Shown: positions 20,550 to 32,065 of the stretch, in pieces
Numbering within the stretch: the stretch's first letter is position 1
Layout: every line of letters starts with the position of its first letter
Source of the DNA: Carpediemonas membranifera BICM
Lineage: Eukaryota; Protista; Fornicata
Assembly (NCBI GenBank): GCA_019828565.1
Contig: JAHDYR010000001.1
Location: forward strand, 310,001 to 374,000
Length of the DNA: 64,000 nucleotides
Direction: 5' to 3'
The notes under the pieces: generated by a model
Told to the model about the DNA's origin: nothing
What the model saw: the letters and a program-made list of their open reading frames with translations, nothing else
Database searches by the model: none
Made by a program: the position numbers and the translations under genes

Positions 20550-22179
20550 ATGAAAGCTCGGCTATTCTTTCTCCTAGTTGCAGTTGCTGCATGCATTTGT
20601 ATTGCTTATTGCTACAATATTGATGCTAGTACCGTTTTGGAGCCGATTGAGGTTGATGGGTGCCGTATTCTGTCGTTTGGTTCGAGTATCTCCTATTCGG
20701 ACACGAAATTAGCCATTGGAGCACCTAGAACGATTCGTGATGACCAACCTGAGGTTGGCATTCTGTTTGTTTCTCCGAATATCGTTACTCAGCTTCGTAT
20801 ATGACCGTAACGGCACGCAGCTCTCAAATCCGCGCTCCTTTTCTGGCATAGCGAACCCAAACAACCGACTACACAACATAGCTCTTGTTGACGACAAGAC
20901 AGTGCTCTACACCTACAACAACGGCTCTGCTCGATGGCCTGCAGGAGGTCGAGCGGGCTTGGAGCTCGGTATTGTCTCAGACGCACACGTGAGTGCGTTC
21001 AGCGACACCGAGTTCGACTGTAGCGCGATTGACTACATGCCTATCGACAACACTTCCTTTGTGGCCGTGGCAAGTACCAATATCAGCCTATTCAAGCGTG
21101 TGCCAGAGCCGTTTGGGGACTTCTCATGGGACAAGGACGACACGCTGACAATCATGGCCAACGAGACCGCCGAATCGACGTCGCAGTTTTTGTCACTGGC
21201 CTATAATAACGGTCGTATCGCGTGCACGTTTGTTTCAGTATCGCGTGGGTCCATACAAACCGCGGTGGCCAACTTGACAATCACCATGCTCACGATGGAT
21301 GAGTCCCGGACCCATCTGACTGTAGAATGGAACGAAACAGTGCTCACAGGCCAAGCGGCCCATACCTTGCCCGGCTCCGTCTCAGCCCTGTCTCCAGGCG
21401 GCACTGTGTACGCTGTGGGGTCACCCTTCATGGCGGATCAAGACGGGTCGTATCAGGCCAACGGGCGGGTCGACCTGTATCATTATGATGGAGTCAAATG
21501 GGTGTTTGGATGCAGTCTCTATCCTGACTCGGAGTCAAGTCGCGAAGGAGCGTTCTTCGGTGCATCTATAGTGTTCAAATCAGATTCGGAGTTGTTCATA
21601 TCTTCTCCGAATTGGAGATACAAGTCTGCGAGTGCTATCCTCCTGTATACTAAGAAATCAGCAGGATTGTGGGTGAAATCCGAGACAATCATTCACCACC
21701 GTGAGACCATCCATGACCGGTTTGGGGTTCCTATTACGTACATCCCTGACAGCGACACACTCGTTGCTTCTTCAACCAGTCTGGATCGGGGTCTCGTGCA
21801 TTTCATCCCGCCGGGCAGCCCTTCATCAAATGATGGGTCGGGTGGCGGTCTTTCAGGAACCACTGTGGTGCTTGTCGTGGCCGGGGTTGGAGTGATCATG
21901 GTCCTTCTCTCATGCATCATCCTCGTGACCCTGATGATTCTCGGCATAAGTGCGGCTGCTGGTGCCTCTCTGGCTGCTTACCGCAGAGACTCCAAGGGTG
22001 GGTTCGTCGACCCGATGTCGACTATGCCTCTGGTCTCGAGCCCTGGTCGAGTCGAGTCGACCCTGCTGTCTGGGATGGTGCGCCCGCCCCTGGACATGAG
22101 GCTACCTCCCCTGCTCAGACCGCCCAACGGTGTTGGCGTGGTTGGGCGCAGTGTGTCTGGTACCTCTGAGAATGCTTGA
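20550..22179 (+). CDS. Type I membrane protein with FG-GAP-like beta-propeller ectodomain; intron at about 20765-20792
   Basis: Signal peptide; FGSSISYSDTKLAIGAP, YAVGSP...GRVDLY and FFGASIV...ISSP repeats; a long hydrophobic TM segment near the C-terminus. Confidence 0.8.
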
Positions 22180-22202
22180 GGGAGTCTGCCTAGCAAGGGA
22201 CG

Positions 22203-25062
22203 ATGGTAAACCACGATAGAGTTTTTGGCAGACTCGAGGCCGACCATGAAAACAACCGGCTTGAGCTCGCGCTCGAAGTATGGAACTCGCGGCTCACAGT
22301 GGATATGTAGGATGTTGTGCGCATAAGGACACTGACTGGGCACGAAGGCACAGTGAACGGTGTCGCCACCTCCCCCGACGGCTCCATCGTCACTGCCTCA
22401 TACGATGGCACAGTCAAGCAGTGGGACGCGACCACCAGTCAGTGTATCAGGACCATGAAGTATAGATGGCATGTTTGGTGCGTTGCCATATCGCCGGACG
22501 GGTCGACCATCGCTTCTGGTGGCTATGACAAAAGTATCAAGCTCTGGGACACAACCGCAAGCCGGCGGACTAAGACCCTCAGTGGGCACACTGATACTGT
22601 GCGCTGCCTTGCATTCTCGTCCGATGGCCGCACCCTGGTCTCGGGGTCAGAGGACAGCACCGCCAAGGTCTGGGACGTCGAGACAGGGCAGTGCAGGCAG
22701 ACACTAACAGGGCATGACAGGACTGTGTATGGCGTGGCCATCTCCATTGATGGCTCGACCATTTGCACTGGAAGTTGGGACAGTACGATCAAGCAGTCGA
22801 ACTGCGCCACTGGCGAATGCATCATGACTATAGACCATAGCCAGCCTGTCACCAGCCTTGCCGTATCACCCGATGGCGCCATTGTCGCATCCGGTGGCAG
22901 GGATAGCTCCATCAAGTTCTGGGGCTCCGCAACTGGCCAGCTGACTCGGACCCTTGCTGGGCACACTAAAACTGTGCGCAGCCTCGCCTTTTCCCCCAAC
23001 GGCATGACTCTGCTGTCTGGGTCTGCAGACAAAACCATCAAGCAATGGGACGTCGCGACTGGGGCACTGATCAGGACGTTACCGGGGTAAGTAAGTGAGT
23101 GAGGGAGTAAGTTACAATGTGCAGTGCGTTGCATTCTCACGGAACGGCACCATGATCGTATCTAGATATGGCGCCAAGACAGCCAAGGTCTGGAGCGCAC
23201 TCACCCGCACCCGATGCCGACATCGCCATCGACCCTGGCGACTCAGTAGCACTCACCAGCGACCTCGATCGTATCCTCTTGCACTTTATCGTCTCAAGCT
23301 ATCCGCGCTCCTTCACGATGACGCTGAGCGGCGGTACCGCCAGAGTCTGGCTGGACGAGAACAAGTTCGCCGAGACAGACTCCGAGGATGCCACGTTGGC
23401 CGAGCGCATCAATCTCTACAACAATATAAGGAGCCAGGCCATACGCCGAGCAGATGAGCTCGTCTCCGACTTTTGCTCGCGTCCTCCCGCCAACGCATCG
23501 CTAGCTCTCGTCACGATCCATCAGCTGAGGCAGGTTGTGACTCACGTGACATCACACAAAGTGCCAAGCAACTTCACTGCCGCCGTCGCCGACATTGCTT
23601 CAGCTGTCACTCTGACCGATGGCCAGTTTAGCGCCGACCGGCATGCCCTAGAAATCAGCGCGGTCCTTTCGGAAGCCAATTGCCGGATGCTCAAAGCTGA
23701 GCTCGCCGACACGAAGGCTAAGCTTACAGCAGTTGAGTCAAACAGTGCCGACCAGACCGCCATGCTTAGCGCTGAGCTTGCAGGCGTGAAGGCGACCCTG
23801 GCCTCGTTCTGCGCCTCGCTTCAGACAGGTCAGTTTACTGCTGCCAGCCGCGCCGCGGACATCAGCACCATGCTCGAGGGCCACCCCCTGCTCTCGGCCG
23901 CCATCCCGACCCACGATGGCATTGTGAGCATTTGCAACGTTCCTTCGCCCGCCGGCCTCATCAGCCGACTCGGCCAGGCCAGACGCCAGCCAGAGACCCG
24001 CATCGCCGAGTATAAGGAAGTCATCGCCCAGGCCAGGGCCGGGGTCGAGGCGCTCGAAGCAATTGTCGCAGCTGTCAACACTGACTATCAGGCGGCCTCG
24101 GACATCGTCGACTGCGCCGCCGCCTTCGAGTCTCTCCCCTCGCTCGACGAGATGGCCCGCGTGCTCAAGGCCGCTGACAACGAGGTCCTCGACTTCCCCA
24201 CACTCGCTCCCGAGCTGCAGGCCAGGTACGCCACGCTCCGCGCCTTCCTCCAGCCTGCCGTCCGCGAGACGTGGCAGTGGGCCCTCAGTCGGAAGGAGCT
24301 TGGCGATGACACGAGCTCCGAGGAGCGCACTATTCGCGAGATGACTGGCCTGATCGCCGAGGCTGAGGTCCACCTGGCTGCGTTCGCCGAGGCCGACGAC
24401 ATCACTGCGCAGCTCCGGTCGCTGGGCAACTACCAGCGACTCAAGAACAAGGCCGAGGAGCTTGATGATGAGCTCGCATTCCTCCAGCGCCGCTGCAAGC
24501 ACGCCCAGGCTGCCGAGGTCGCGGCTGAGCTCGAGGCCGTGAACGCCAGCATCGTCGAGATTAACGCCGTCCTGGCCCGCCGCACGCCGCAGCTCGTCCG
24601 TCTCTGCCCCGAGCTGGAGGCCCTCACCGCGCCGTCGGCCAGCCTCTTCGCCGAGCTGCGCGAGATGGGGCTGGCCCACCTCATGGACCTCCCCGAGATG
24701 CGCGCCGACCTGTCGCTGTCCGACTTCGCCGTCGAGTCGACCGTCAGCGAGAACAGAGCGCTGTGCCAGATCGTGACCCGCAGCGGCCAGACCTTCTTCG
24801 CCAAGACCTTCAAGCTCGACAACGAACACCAGCGCAAGCTCTGCGACCGCGAGGCGGGCATCCTGTCGCGCATGACGCACAGCCCCGCCGTACCCAAGCT
24901 GCACTTCGTCCTCGTCGACAGCACCGAGCAGACCAGCACGATCGGCATGGAGCGCCTGAAAATCCACCTGCGCGACGCCCCAGCCGACTCGCCCGACAGC
25001 CTGCGCAGACTGCTCCGCGGCCTGCTCACCGCGATCCACGACCTGCACAGCGCGGGCGTCTG

Positions 25063-25095
<33 letters not shown>

Positions 25096-26739
25096 GCGCG
25101 AGGGCCACCCCGTGCTCGTCGACTTCGAGACGGCCTCGAATACGGACGCCGTGAACACGACGGCGACCGGAGTCAACATCGGCACGCTCGCCTTCAGCGC
25201 GCCCGAGGAGATTGCCGCCCGCAATGCCGGGAAGAAGCTGAGCCACCGCGAGCAGCAGGCCGCCGACGTCTACCACGCGGGCCTGACGACGCTGGCGCTG
25301 ATGACGACGGAGTACACGGATTTCTGCAGGGACATCCTCTCTCTCAGCAACAACAAGGCCTTGCTCGAGAGTTCGACCGCCAACCATGACAATCTCTGCG
25401 CCGCCCTACTCGCCAGCGTTACCGTCCCCGACGCCCTGCGCGACGTGCTCTCCGGCATGCTCGCCACCCACCCCGAGGCCCGCTGGTCCGTCCGCCGCGC
25501 CCTGGCCGACGGCCTCTTCACCGCCTCAGCCAACGAGCTGGACCCCGAGGTCGACCTCAACGCGGCGAGCAGCAGGTTCGCGAACGCCCACGCCTTCGTC
25601 GACGACATCGACCGCGCGCGTCTGCAGATGCTCCGCGAGGACCCGGTCGACATCGCCCTCGCCGATGACATTTCGGCGAGCCTGGCCAGCATCGCCGCAT
25701 GTGAGGAGGACCTGTTTGCCATCCCCGCGACGCTCTCGGGCGGCCGCGTCGACCTAGGAGCGCTGATGCCCATCGTCGACCAGGCGCTGCAGACATCGCT
25801 CGGGGACGCCATTGCCGCGTGCCCGCTCGAGGGCTTTGAGGGCGCCCACATCAAGGCTTACGGCGACGAGGTGAGACTCCGCTTCACCGAGCGTATGCAG
25901 ATCGTCCGCAACGGCATGGCCGCGAAGACACAATTCAGCGAGAAGGTCCTCGCGCTGACGGCCGCCCAGCTGCGGGCCCTGCTTGTGCGCCCCAACCCGC
26001 TCACGGTCGCCGCCGTGCTCGCCCCGCTGCGCTTCCCCGCGGACAGCCAGGGCGTGCAGGACGCCCTCCGCGCCGTGCTCGAGGACGACGAGACGCGCCG
26101 CCGCTTCGCCTTCCACGTGTTCGGCGGCCAGCTCCCCCAGCCCAGCTCCGTTGGCGTGACCCTCCACGACCACCACCGCGTGTACGCCGACTGCGCGGGC
26201 GGCGCCCACCTCCCTCGTCTGGAGGACGCCGACCAGATGCACCAGGCGGTGCTCGACTCGGCCCCTGCCACACCAGGCGCGGCAGCCGACTTCTACGTCA
26301 TCCCGCGGCGCCAGCAGTCATACTCGCACGCCGAGATCAGGACCTCGTCGAGCAGAACGACATCCTGCAGACGTGCTGCCTGGTCACGCTCGGCAGATGC
26401 GCCGCTGTGGACGTCCCCGTTATCCGCCGCTGCCCCACATGCGGCGAGCTGACCTCGCGCGAGGGCGACCTGGACCGCTGCAAGATGTCGACGTGCCCGT
26501 GCGGCCAGGACTTCTGCCACAAGTGCCTGCTCCGCGTGGCCAACCATCGAGAGCACATGGCCCACTTCGGCGGTGAGTGCGAGATGGCGCCGCGCCAGGT
26601 AGTCGACCTGCCCGAGGGCGTCGCGAGGCAGCGCACCGTCACGTGCCCCCACTGCCATCGGTCGGTCACGGTCAGCGCGAACCGGAGACAGGTCACGTGC
26701 CGCGGGTGCAGGCAGACCATTGATGCGAGATCTGTGTAA
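22203..26739 (+). pseudogene. WD40 - coiled coil - Ser/Thr kinase - HECT-like - Rcat/IBR-like - Zn-ribbon fusion gene, interrupted by a stop (23088) and frameshifts (about 23195 and 26340)
   Basis: About 7 high-identity GH...WD repeats. Kinase motifs FAK, E, HRDLKPEN, DFE, APE and DVY. HECT C-lobe-like RRRFAFHVFG...YADCAGGAHLP. C-terminal CPTCGE...RCKMSTCPCGQDFCHKC and CPHC...CRGC. Confidence 0.75.
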
Positions 26740-26956
26740 AGAGAATCCAAGTGATCCAGTGACCAAGAGCAGGGCCGCCGAGCATGAACGGGCATGCCTC
26801 ATCGTCCGAGAATGATGGGCCCGTCACATGCTGATTCAGGAAGCAACTCGTGAAGCCATCCAACGGAGTCAGCGTAGATGCTACGGCGCCCCGAGACGGC
26901 ATGATCGCTCATGTTTACTTACAATCGAGTATACTCGTAAAACCGGCCACGAGTGT

Positions 26957-28888
26957 TTACTCATCATCGCCCATGCAGACCCGGGCTGCCTCCATTGAGG
27001 CCTCAGCGATCTGGGAGATCGCCTCCTCCTCGAACGGGATCAGCAAAAGATCGCTTCCCAGAATAACCGGCCCGTCAAACTTCTCGACGCCAGGCACCTC
27101 TTCGGCCTTGAAACCAGCGATCTCCGACCTGGGTGAGAAGTGCGTAAGGCAGACCGCTTTGACTCCAGACAACTCCGCGAACTTCATGACATCGCTGACG
27201 GTCGAGTGCTTATTCTCGCGTGCCCTATCTTCTTCCCCATCAGGGAACGTCGCCTCATGGATGACGAGGTCCGCACCGGCACAAGCTTTGCACAGGCCAG
27301 TACAAAACTTGGTATCACCACTGTACCCAAACTTAAAGGGCTTGCCGCTGCCAAGGTCGAGCTCGAAGACGTACCCGAATGCCGGGGTGATACTGTTGGG
27401 AGAATCATCCATGTGCTTCACGAGGACAATGTCTACCGTCTTAAGAACTCGGAGCTGCTCGGGGTGGGGCGCACAGTGCTTCGTGTCAGATTCAGCAAAT
27501 GCGATTTTGACTCCATCAAAGAGAAGCTGGCGCTGGAGCATTGACCGGGTCTGATCTAGGGCCTCTTGCGGTCCGACCACGCGACATTGGACGTCAGGGC
27601 AGACCTTGTGCCGCTCAATGAGCAGGGCGGGCAGGCCAAGAGTGTGATCACCGTGTGAGTGCGAGATATACACTGCATCTAGCCGTGACAAAACAGAATC
27701 GAGTTCATCACCGAAAGCAGAGGCAAGTTGACTGAGAGTACCCTCGCCGCAGTCCAGAAGGATGTACCGCGGCACACCGCTGGCTGTTGGTAACGAAAGC
27801 AGGAAGCCGCTTGTGTTTCTCAGCGGCGACGGGATGGCGCACGCGGTACCGAGCAGAAGAACGTAAGGCTTCTCGTTCGAGATAATGGAGGGACGGCGTG
27901 GTAGGTCAGGGGCGGCCATGCCAGGGTCAACCACCTTTGAATTACTCATCGTGAGACCAGGGGCAACTGTGATATACTCACCGAATCCAGAGATCGGGTG
28001 GTCATCATTTGATTGACGCTGAAGAGGGGTGACATAATAGGGCGAAAGGTCGGCCAGCTTGCTCTGTAGAGATTCGAAGGCGGGGCTTCGGGCGACTGGG
28101 TTGGGGCCTCTTAGGACATGTTGGCAGGTCAAGGTCGAGGTCCCGAAGGCCTCGACGTACTCGAGAGATTTGAGGAACTCACGATCGATATTATGTATCA
28201 GGAGATCGCACGAAGATACGAGGGATACAAGGTGAGATTTGTGGTCGAGCAACTCAGTGAACTCGCCAAGTGTGTCAGCCGACAGCATAGCAAGGACGAA
28301 TCCAGCCCTGTCGGGACCAAAGAGGTCGGAGGGGGCGATAGTTTCGCCATTGAGCGTGACGGTCTGTCCTGCAGCTAACTTTCCACGGAGAGCGCCAGGG
28401 AGCTTCATCTTGCTCGCCTTCTCAGCGTCGAACTTACCCTTAGTGTTGGGGCATCTGAACATAGTGCAGAGCACCTTGGTTCCTGCTGCATTGAAGAACG
28501 GAAGCACCTTGACAGTGTCGCCAGCAAAAAATGGGGTGTTCGACTTCATTGGCACAATCTTGGCGTTGGTGAACTCGGTATAGTGGGCAAGAGCCTCGCC
28601 TGCGTTGCACCGAGGCTTGAGAATAGGCCGAATGGTCATGGTTCGCTCATCGTCATCGTCGAGACGGCCAAGGGAACATGTCATTGCAAGTCCGATCGCT
28701 CCAAAGGCTGAGGAGATGTCAGTGCACACGATAGTGTCTATCTTTCCGATCTTGAGATGCTGCTCCATCGCTAGGCGCTGGGTTCCGTCAGCGCAGTTGC
28801 AGAGAATGCGCTTCGTCGAGCCCAGAGGCTTGAACATGAAAGAAATGGTGGCACTGCTGTTTGCTTGGATGAATTGAAGCTGCGACAT
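26957..28888 (-). CDS. TRZ1: tRNase Z long form (ELAC2/Trz1)
   Basis: NCADGTQR pseudo-motif, GKFDAEKA exosite, LLGTACAIPS..RN, LDCGEGT, HSHGDH, YSGDT, HEAT, HST and LTHFSPR. Confidence 0.93.
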   Translation of the reverse strand: MSQLQFIQANSSATISFMFKPLGSTKRILCNCADGTQRLAMEQHLKIGKIDTIVCTDISSAFGAIGLAMTCSLGRLDDDDERTMTIRPILKPRCNAGEALAHYTEFTNAKIVPMKSNTPFFAGDTVKVLPFFNAAGTKVLCTMFRCPNTKGKFDAEKASKMKLPGALRGKLAAGQTVTLNGETIAPSDLFGPDRAGFVLAMLSADTLGEFTELLDHKSHLVSLVSSCDLLIHNIDREFLKSLEYVEAFGTSTLTCQHVLRGPNPVARSPAFESLQSKLADLSPYYVTPLQRQSNDDHPISGFGEYITVAPGLTMSNSKVVDPGMAAPDLPRRPSIISNEKPYVLLLGTACAIPSPLRNTSGFLLSLPTASGVPRYILLDCGEGTLSQLASAFGDELDSVLSRLDAVYISHSHGDHTLGLPALLIERHKVCPDVQCRVVGPQEALDQTRSMLQRQLLFDGVKIAFAESDTKHCAPHPEQLRVLKTVDIVLVKHMDDSPNSITPAFGYVFELDLGSGKPFKFGYSGDTKFCTGLCKACAGADLVIHEATFPDGEEDRARENKHSTVSDVMKFAELSGVKAVCLTHFSPRSEIAGFKAEEVPGVEKFDGPVILGSDLLLIPFEEEAISQIAEASMEAARVCMGDDE

Positions 28889-29165
28889 GATATTTCACAA
28901 AAAGCGTTCTCTGAATGTGATCTGGCGAGGTTGAACCCCAAAGTTTGTGCACTATCCTGCCCGTAATAACCGTAATAAATCGGGGCCACGCGAGGCTGGT
29001 TGCGACAGAAAGAGCAGCGCGACATTCTAAGGAGGGCATGAATCCACAGAGTCTGTTATGGAACTACCGTCTGATCCGATGCGCTGGGTAAGGCACCGAG
29101 AGGGAATGAGAGCCAACAAATTGACCAAACAGGGGCGTCTTTACTATATATACATGACGCATCAC

Positions 29166-31883
29166 TCATATTGTATACTGCATCTGAGTCCGGCAATCGA
29201 CAATTCTGACCCTCTCGTCAACAATCCGAACTGCCTGCTCTACTGGCCTGGCAACAGGTGCAGGCGAAGTCGTGTCAATCACACCAGTCGGACCCAGGCC
29301 GAGGTCCACGTCCTCGTCGTATGAGCACGCCGGGCTGGGCTGGGCTGGGATCTCGGGCACGGGCTCGACCTCGGCGACTGGCTTGCGACTGGCGACTGGC
29401 TTGCGGGGAGAGGAGGCAGGTGGGCTGGCTGGTTTGGCTGGGGCCGGCGGGGGAGGGGAGGGTGGCTGTGGGACTGGGCTTGGTGCCTTGGGCGCAGCCT
29501 TGGTCTTGGGCTTCTCCGCAGACGGGGGGGCGGGCTCGGCTGGAGCGAGCTTTTCCGGACTGGTGGGTCCTGATTTCCGGACAGCCGGAGACTGAGGCTT
29601 CGACTTGGCCTTTGGACTTGCAGCCTTGGCCTTCGCCTTCTTAGCTTTCGGGCTCGCAGGCTTTGACGACTGAGGCGTTGCCTTAGACTGCACTGCCGGA
29701 GGACTCGGGGCGACTGCGACTGCATCGGCGGATTCCATGTCGACGTCCCCATCCTCTTCGAGTTTCAGGACGTCCGGACGAACTAGCGTGTGGGGCCTGG
29801 GCAAGGCGGGTCTGGCCGCAGGCTTGGCGTCCCTTGGGAGTGTGCCAGATTTCATCGGGTGTACTCCGGGGAGCGGGCCGAGCACTTTAGTGTCAACCAC
29901 CACGGGTTTGCGGTAAGCAGCCGTTAGCGGTGCTGGGGCGAGTCCGATGACTATTCGTGACCCGTCTGTGTTGAACAACGGCCTGGGCCTTTCGTGCTGC
30001 TCAGGGATGGCTGTCAGAGTTGCTGGGCATGGGTCTGATCCGCATTCAGGCCAGGCTCCCAGGGCCTCTGGGCTGCCTGCGTCGGCCAAGAGGGCTCGGC
30101 CGCCGCCCATGGGGGTGCGACTGGGCGATGGAATGGGTCTCGGGCTCGGTGCGGGTGAGGCTAGCACCGAGAGCTTCACCCGCTTTGACGCCGACTTCTG
30201 TGCCGGTTTACCCGGTGTCTTTGGCTTCGACTCCGTCTGGGCGATCATATCAACCTCCACGCGCATCAGCTCGGCCAGCGCGATGTCTGCCGGGTCGGGT
30301 GTCACGTGTGGGATAAAGTTCACATGGCCCGGCAAATCTCTCGAAGTGAGGGCCTTATGCATCTCACTGCCCGTCATGGCCGCTGCAGCCTTGGGGAACG
30401 CGACAATGAACGAGCCCAGTGTTGCTGGCAGGGTCGGGATCCCCTTGAGTGATTTGAGTATTTCATTTGGCGGGGTGGGTCCAGCAGGTACTTCGGGCTT
30501 GACCCAGTTGTTCTTCTCGGAGATAAGAAGCTCCGCGCCCACCGTCAGGTCAACCATCGCGTGTATTTGGAAGTGGATCCGCTTGGCGATGAATACTGCC
30601 TTGACCTCGCAGTTGGGAGTGGTCGACGTCCTGAGGAAACGGGCCTCGGTTCCACACTGGTCAGCGTCGACGCACAAGCCCATCTCTGGGACGTAAAGCA
30701 CATGCCGACAGCGCTCCCTGAGGTCGGCGGGCGGGGTGTGGCTGAGTGCCAAAGCCAGCTCTGGAGCGGGTACTACATGTCCAATGTAATCTGCCACGGG
30801 GTCACCTGCATTCGCTGGGCGATCGAGGAAGAGGCCCGAGTCAGATCTCTCCGGCATGACCGGCATGACCACAAGATACGGCTGGGGCAAGTTGTTGTTG
30901 TCAACATCATCTGCCTCTTTTGTAGAGTCATCGCTTGACCGGAGCGGGTCCACATTTGGCAGGAAAGTAGGCAGCGGGGCGAGTAGCTGGGTCCCGGTAG
31001 GGTGGTATGAATTCCTCATGACGGAACAGTACCCAGGCATTGCAGAGCAGTGTGTTTTAAGGCACGCCGTGCACCTGGCTGACCCTGGCAACGTCAGCGG
31101 GGCATGGAGCGCCCATGGGGCGATCTTGGGGCGGGCGCGGCGCTCGGCTGTCTTCCGAGGCCTGCGTTCCTTGGGTGGTTGGATGACGAGTGAGGCGGGG
31201 GCGCTGCCATGAGCAATCTGCTGGGACGCGGTGGTCTTCGCCCTTCGCTCGGACCTCTCCCTCGTTGGCTCAGTGGGCTCCTTCTTTTCGTGGGGGGTCG
31301 GGACAGCCTTTCTCTTGCGGGGCTTGGGCTTCTCTTTCTTCTCGCTCTCCTTGGTTGCCTCAGGCGGTGCTGGTGTGGCGGGTGGCTTGTCCACCTTTTC
31401 TGTCTTTTCAGGCTTGACTGGGCGCTCCTTCTTCGCCTTGCGGTCGTTGGTGTCCACAAGCACGGCGCCGACGTCATTCGCGAGCGCACTAATCACCTGT
31501 CCGTCCATGATGGACTCAGCGCCGGCTGCATGAATCAGCTCTATGGAGTTCTTGTAGGTAGTGTTCATAAGGGTCGCTAGGCCGACGATAAGGTCGTATT
31601 TCCCGTCCCACGACATCGAAGCGGGGTCAAACAGGATGAGGTACTTAGCTACAGTGCTTTCCGCACCACCAACGATTGTCCATGTGGCTTCAGATGGCCC
31701 TGAGCTCCGGCGGGAACGTTTGGACGAAGCAGTGAGGAAGTATTGCAGGTCTTGGCTCAATTCGCTCTTCAGCGAGGGATCTGAGATCCCAGCGAAGAGC
31801 TTTGTGACATCAATGTGCGAGCCTATGAATGGCTTCACATTGAGCTGCTCCAGAAGCTCTGGAAGCGTCTTTATGGAGTCCAT
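29166..31883 (-). CDS. SET-domain chromatin protein (Set3/MLL5-like) with Pro/Ala/Lys-rich disordered regions
   Basis: LCVDADQCGTEARFLRTSTTPNCEV...VGAELLI is a SET core with a Set3-like substitution of the NH motif. Confidence 0.75.
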   Translation of the reverse strand: MDSIKTLPELLEQLNVKPFIGSHIDVTKLFAGISDPSLKSELSQDLQYFLTASSKRSRRSSGPSEATWTIVGGAESTVAKYLILFDPASMSWDGKYDLIVGLATLMNTTYKNSIELIHAAGAESIMDGQVISALANDVGAVLVDTNDRKAKKERPVKPEKTEKVDKPPATPAPPEATKESEKKEKPKPRKRKAVPTPHEKKEPTEPTRERSERRAKTTASQQIAHGSAPASLVIQPPKERRPRKTAERRARPKIAPWALHAPLTLPGSARCTACLKTHCSAMPGYCSVMRNSYHPTGTQLLAPLPTFLPNVDPLRSSDDSTKEADDVDNNNLPQPYLVVMPVMPERSDSGLFLDRPANAGDPVADYIGHVVPAPELALALSHTPPADLRERCRHVLYVPEMGLCVDADQCGTEARFLRTSTTPNCEVKAVFIAKRIHFQIHAMVDLTVGAELLISEKNNWVKPEVPAGPTPPNEILKSLKGIPTLPATLGSFIVAFPKAAAAMTGSEMHKALTSRDLPGHVNFIPHVTPDPADIALAELMRVEVDMIAQTESKPKTPGKPAQKSASKRVKLSVLASPAPSPRPIPSPSRTPMGGGRALLADAGSPEALGAWPECGSDPCPATLTAIPEQHERPRPLFNTDGSRIVIGLAPAPLTAAYRKPVVVDTKVLGPLPGVHPMKSGTLPRDAKPAARPALPRPHTLVRPDVLKLEEDGDVDMESADAVAVAPSPPAVQSKATPQSSKPASPKAKKAKAKAASPKAKSKPQSPAVRKSGPTSPEKLAPAEPAPPSAEKPKTKAAPKAPSPVPQPPSPPPPAPAKPASPPASSPRKPVASRKPVAEVEPVPEIPAQPSPACSYDEDVDLGLGPTGVIDTTSPAPVARPVEQAVRIVDERVRIVDCRTQMQYTI

Positions 31884-32065
31884 CGCGCCGCGCGGCCCCT
31901 GACATAAAATGCGTATTAACAATGAGCGAATTGAAGACGGTGGTAGACTCATACAGCTCCATTGCAGAGGTCTGCGACCCGCGGAGGTGTCAGAAAGTGG
32001 AACATTGCCGGTTTATTTCCGACCGTCTTGAACTCATCAGACGAAAACGGGCTTAATCCTTTCCT

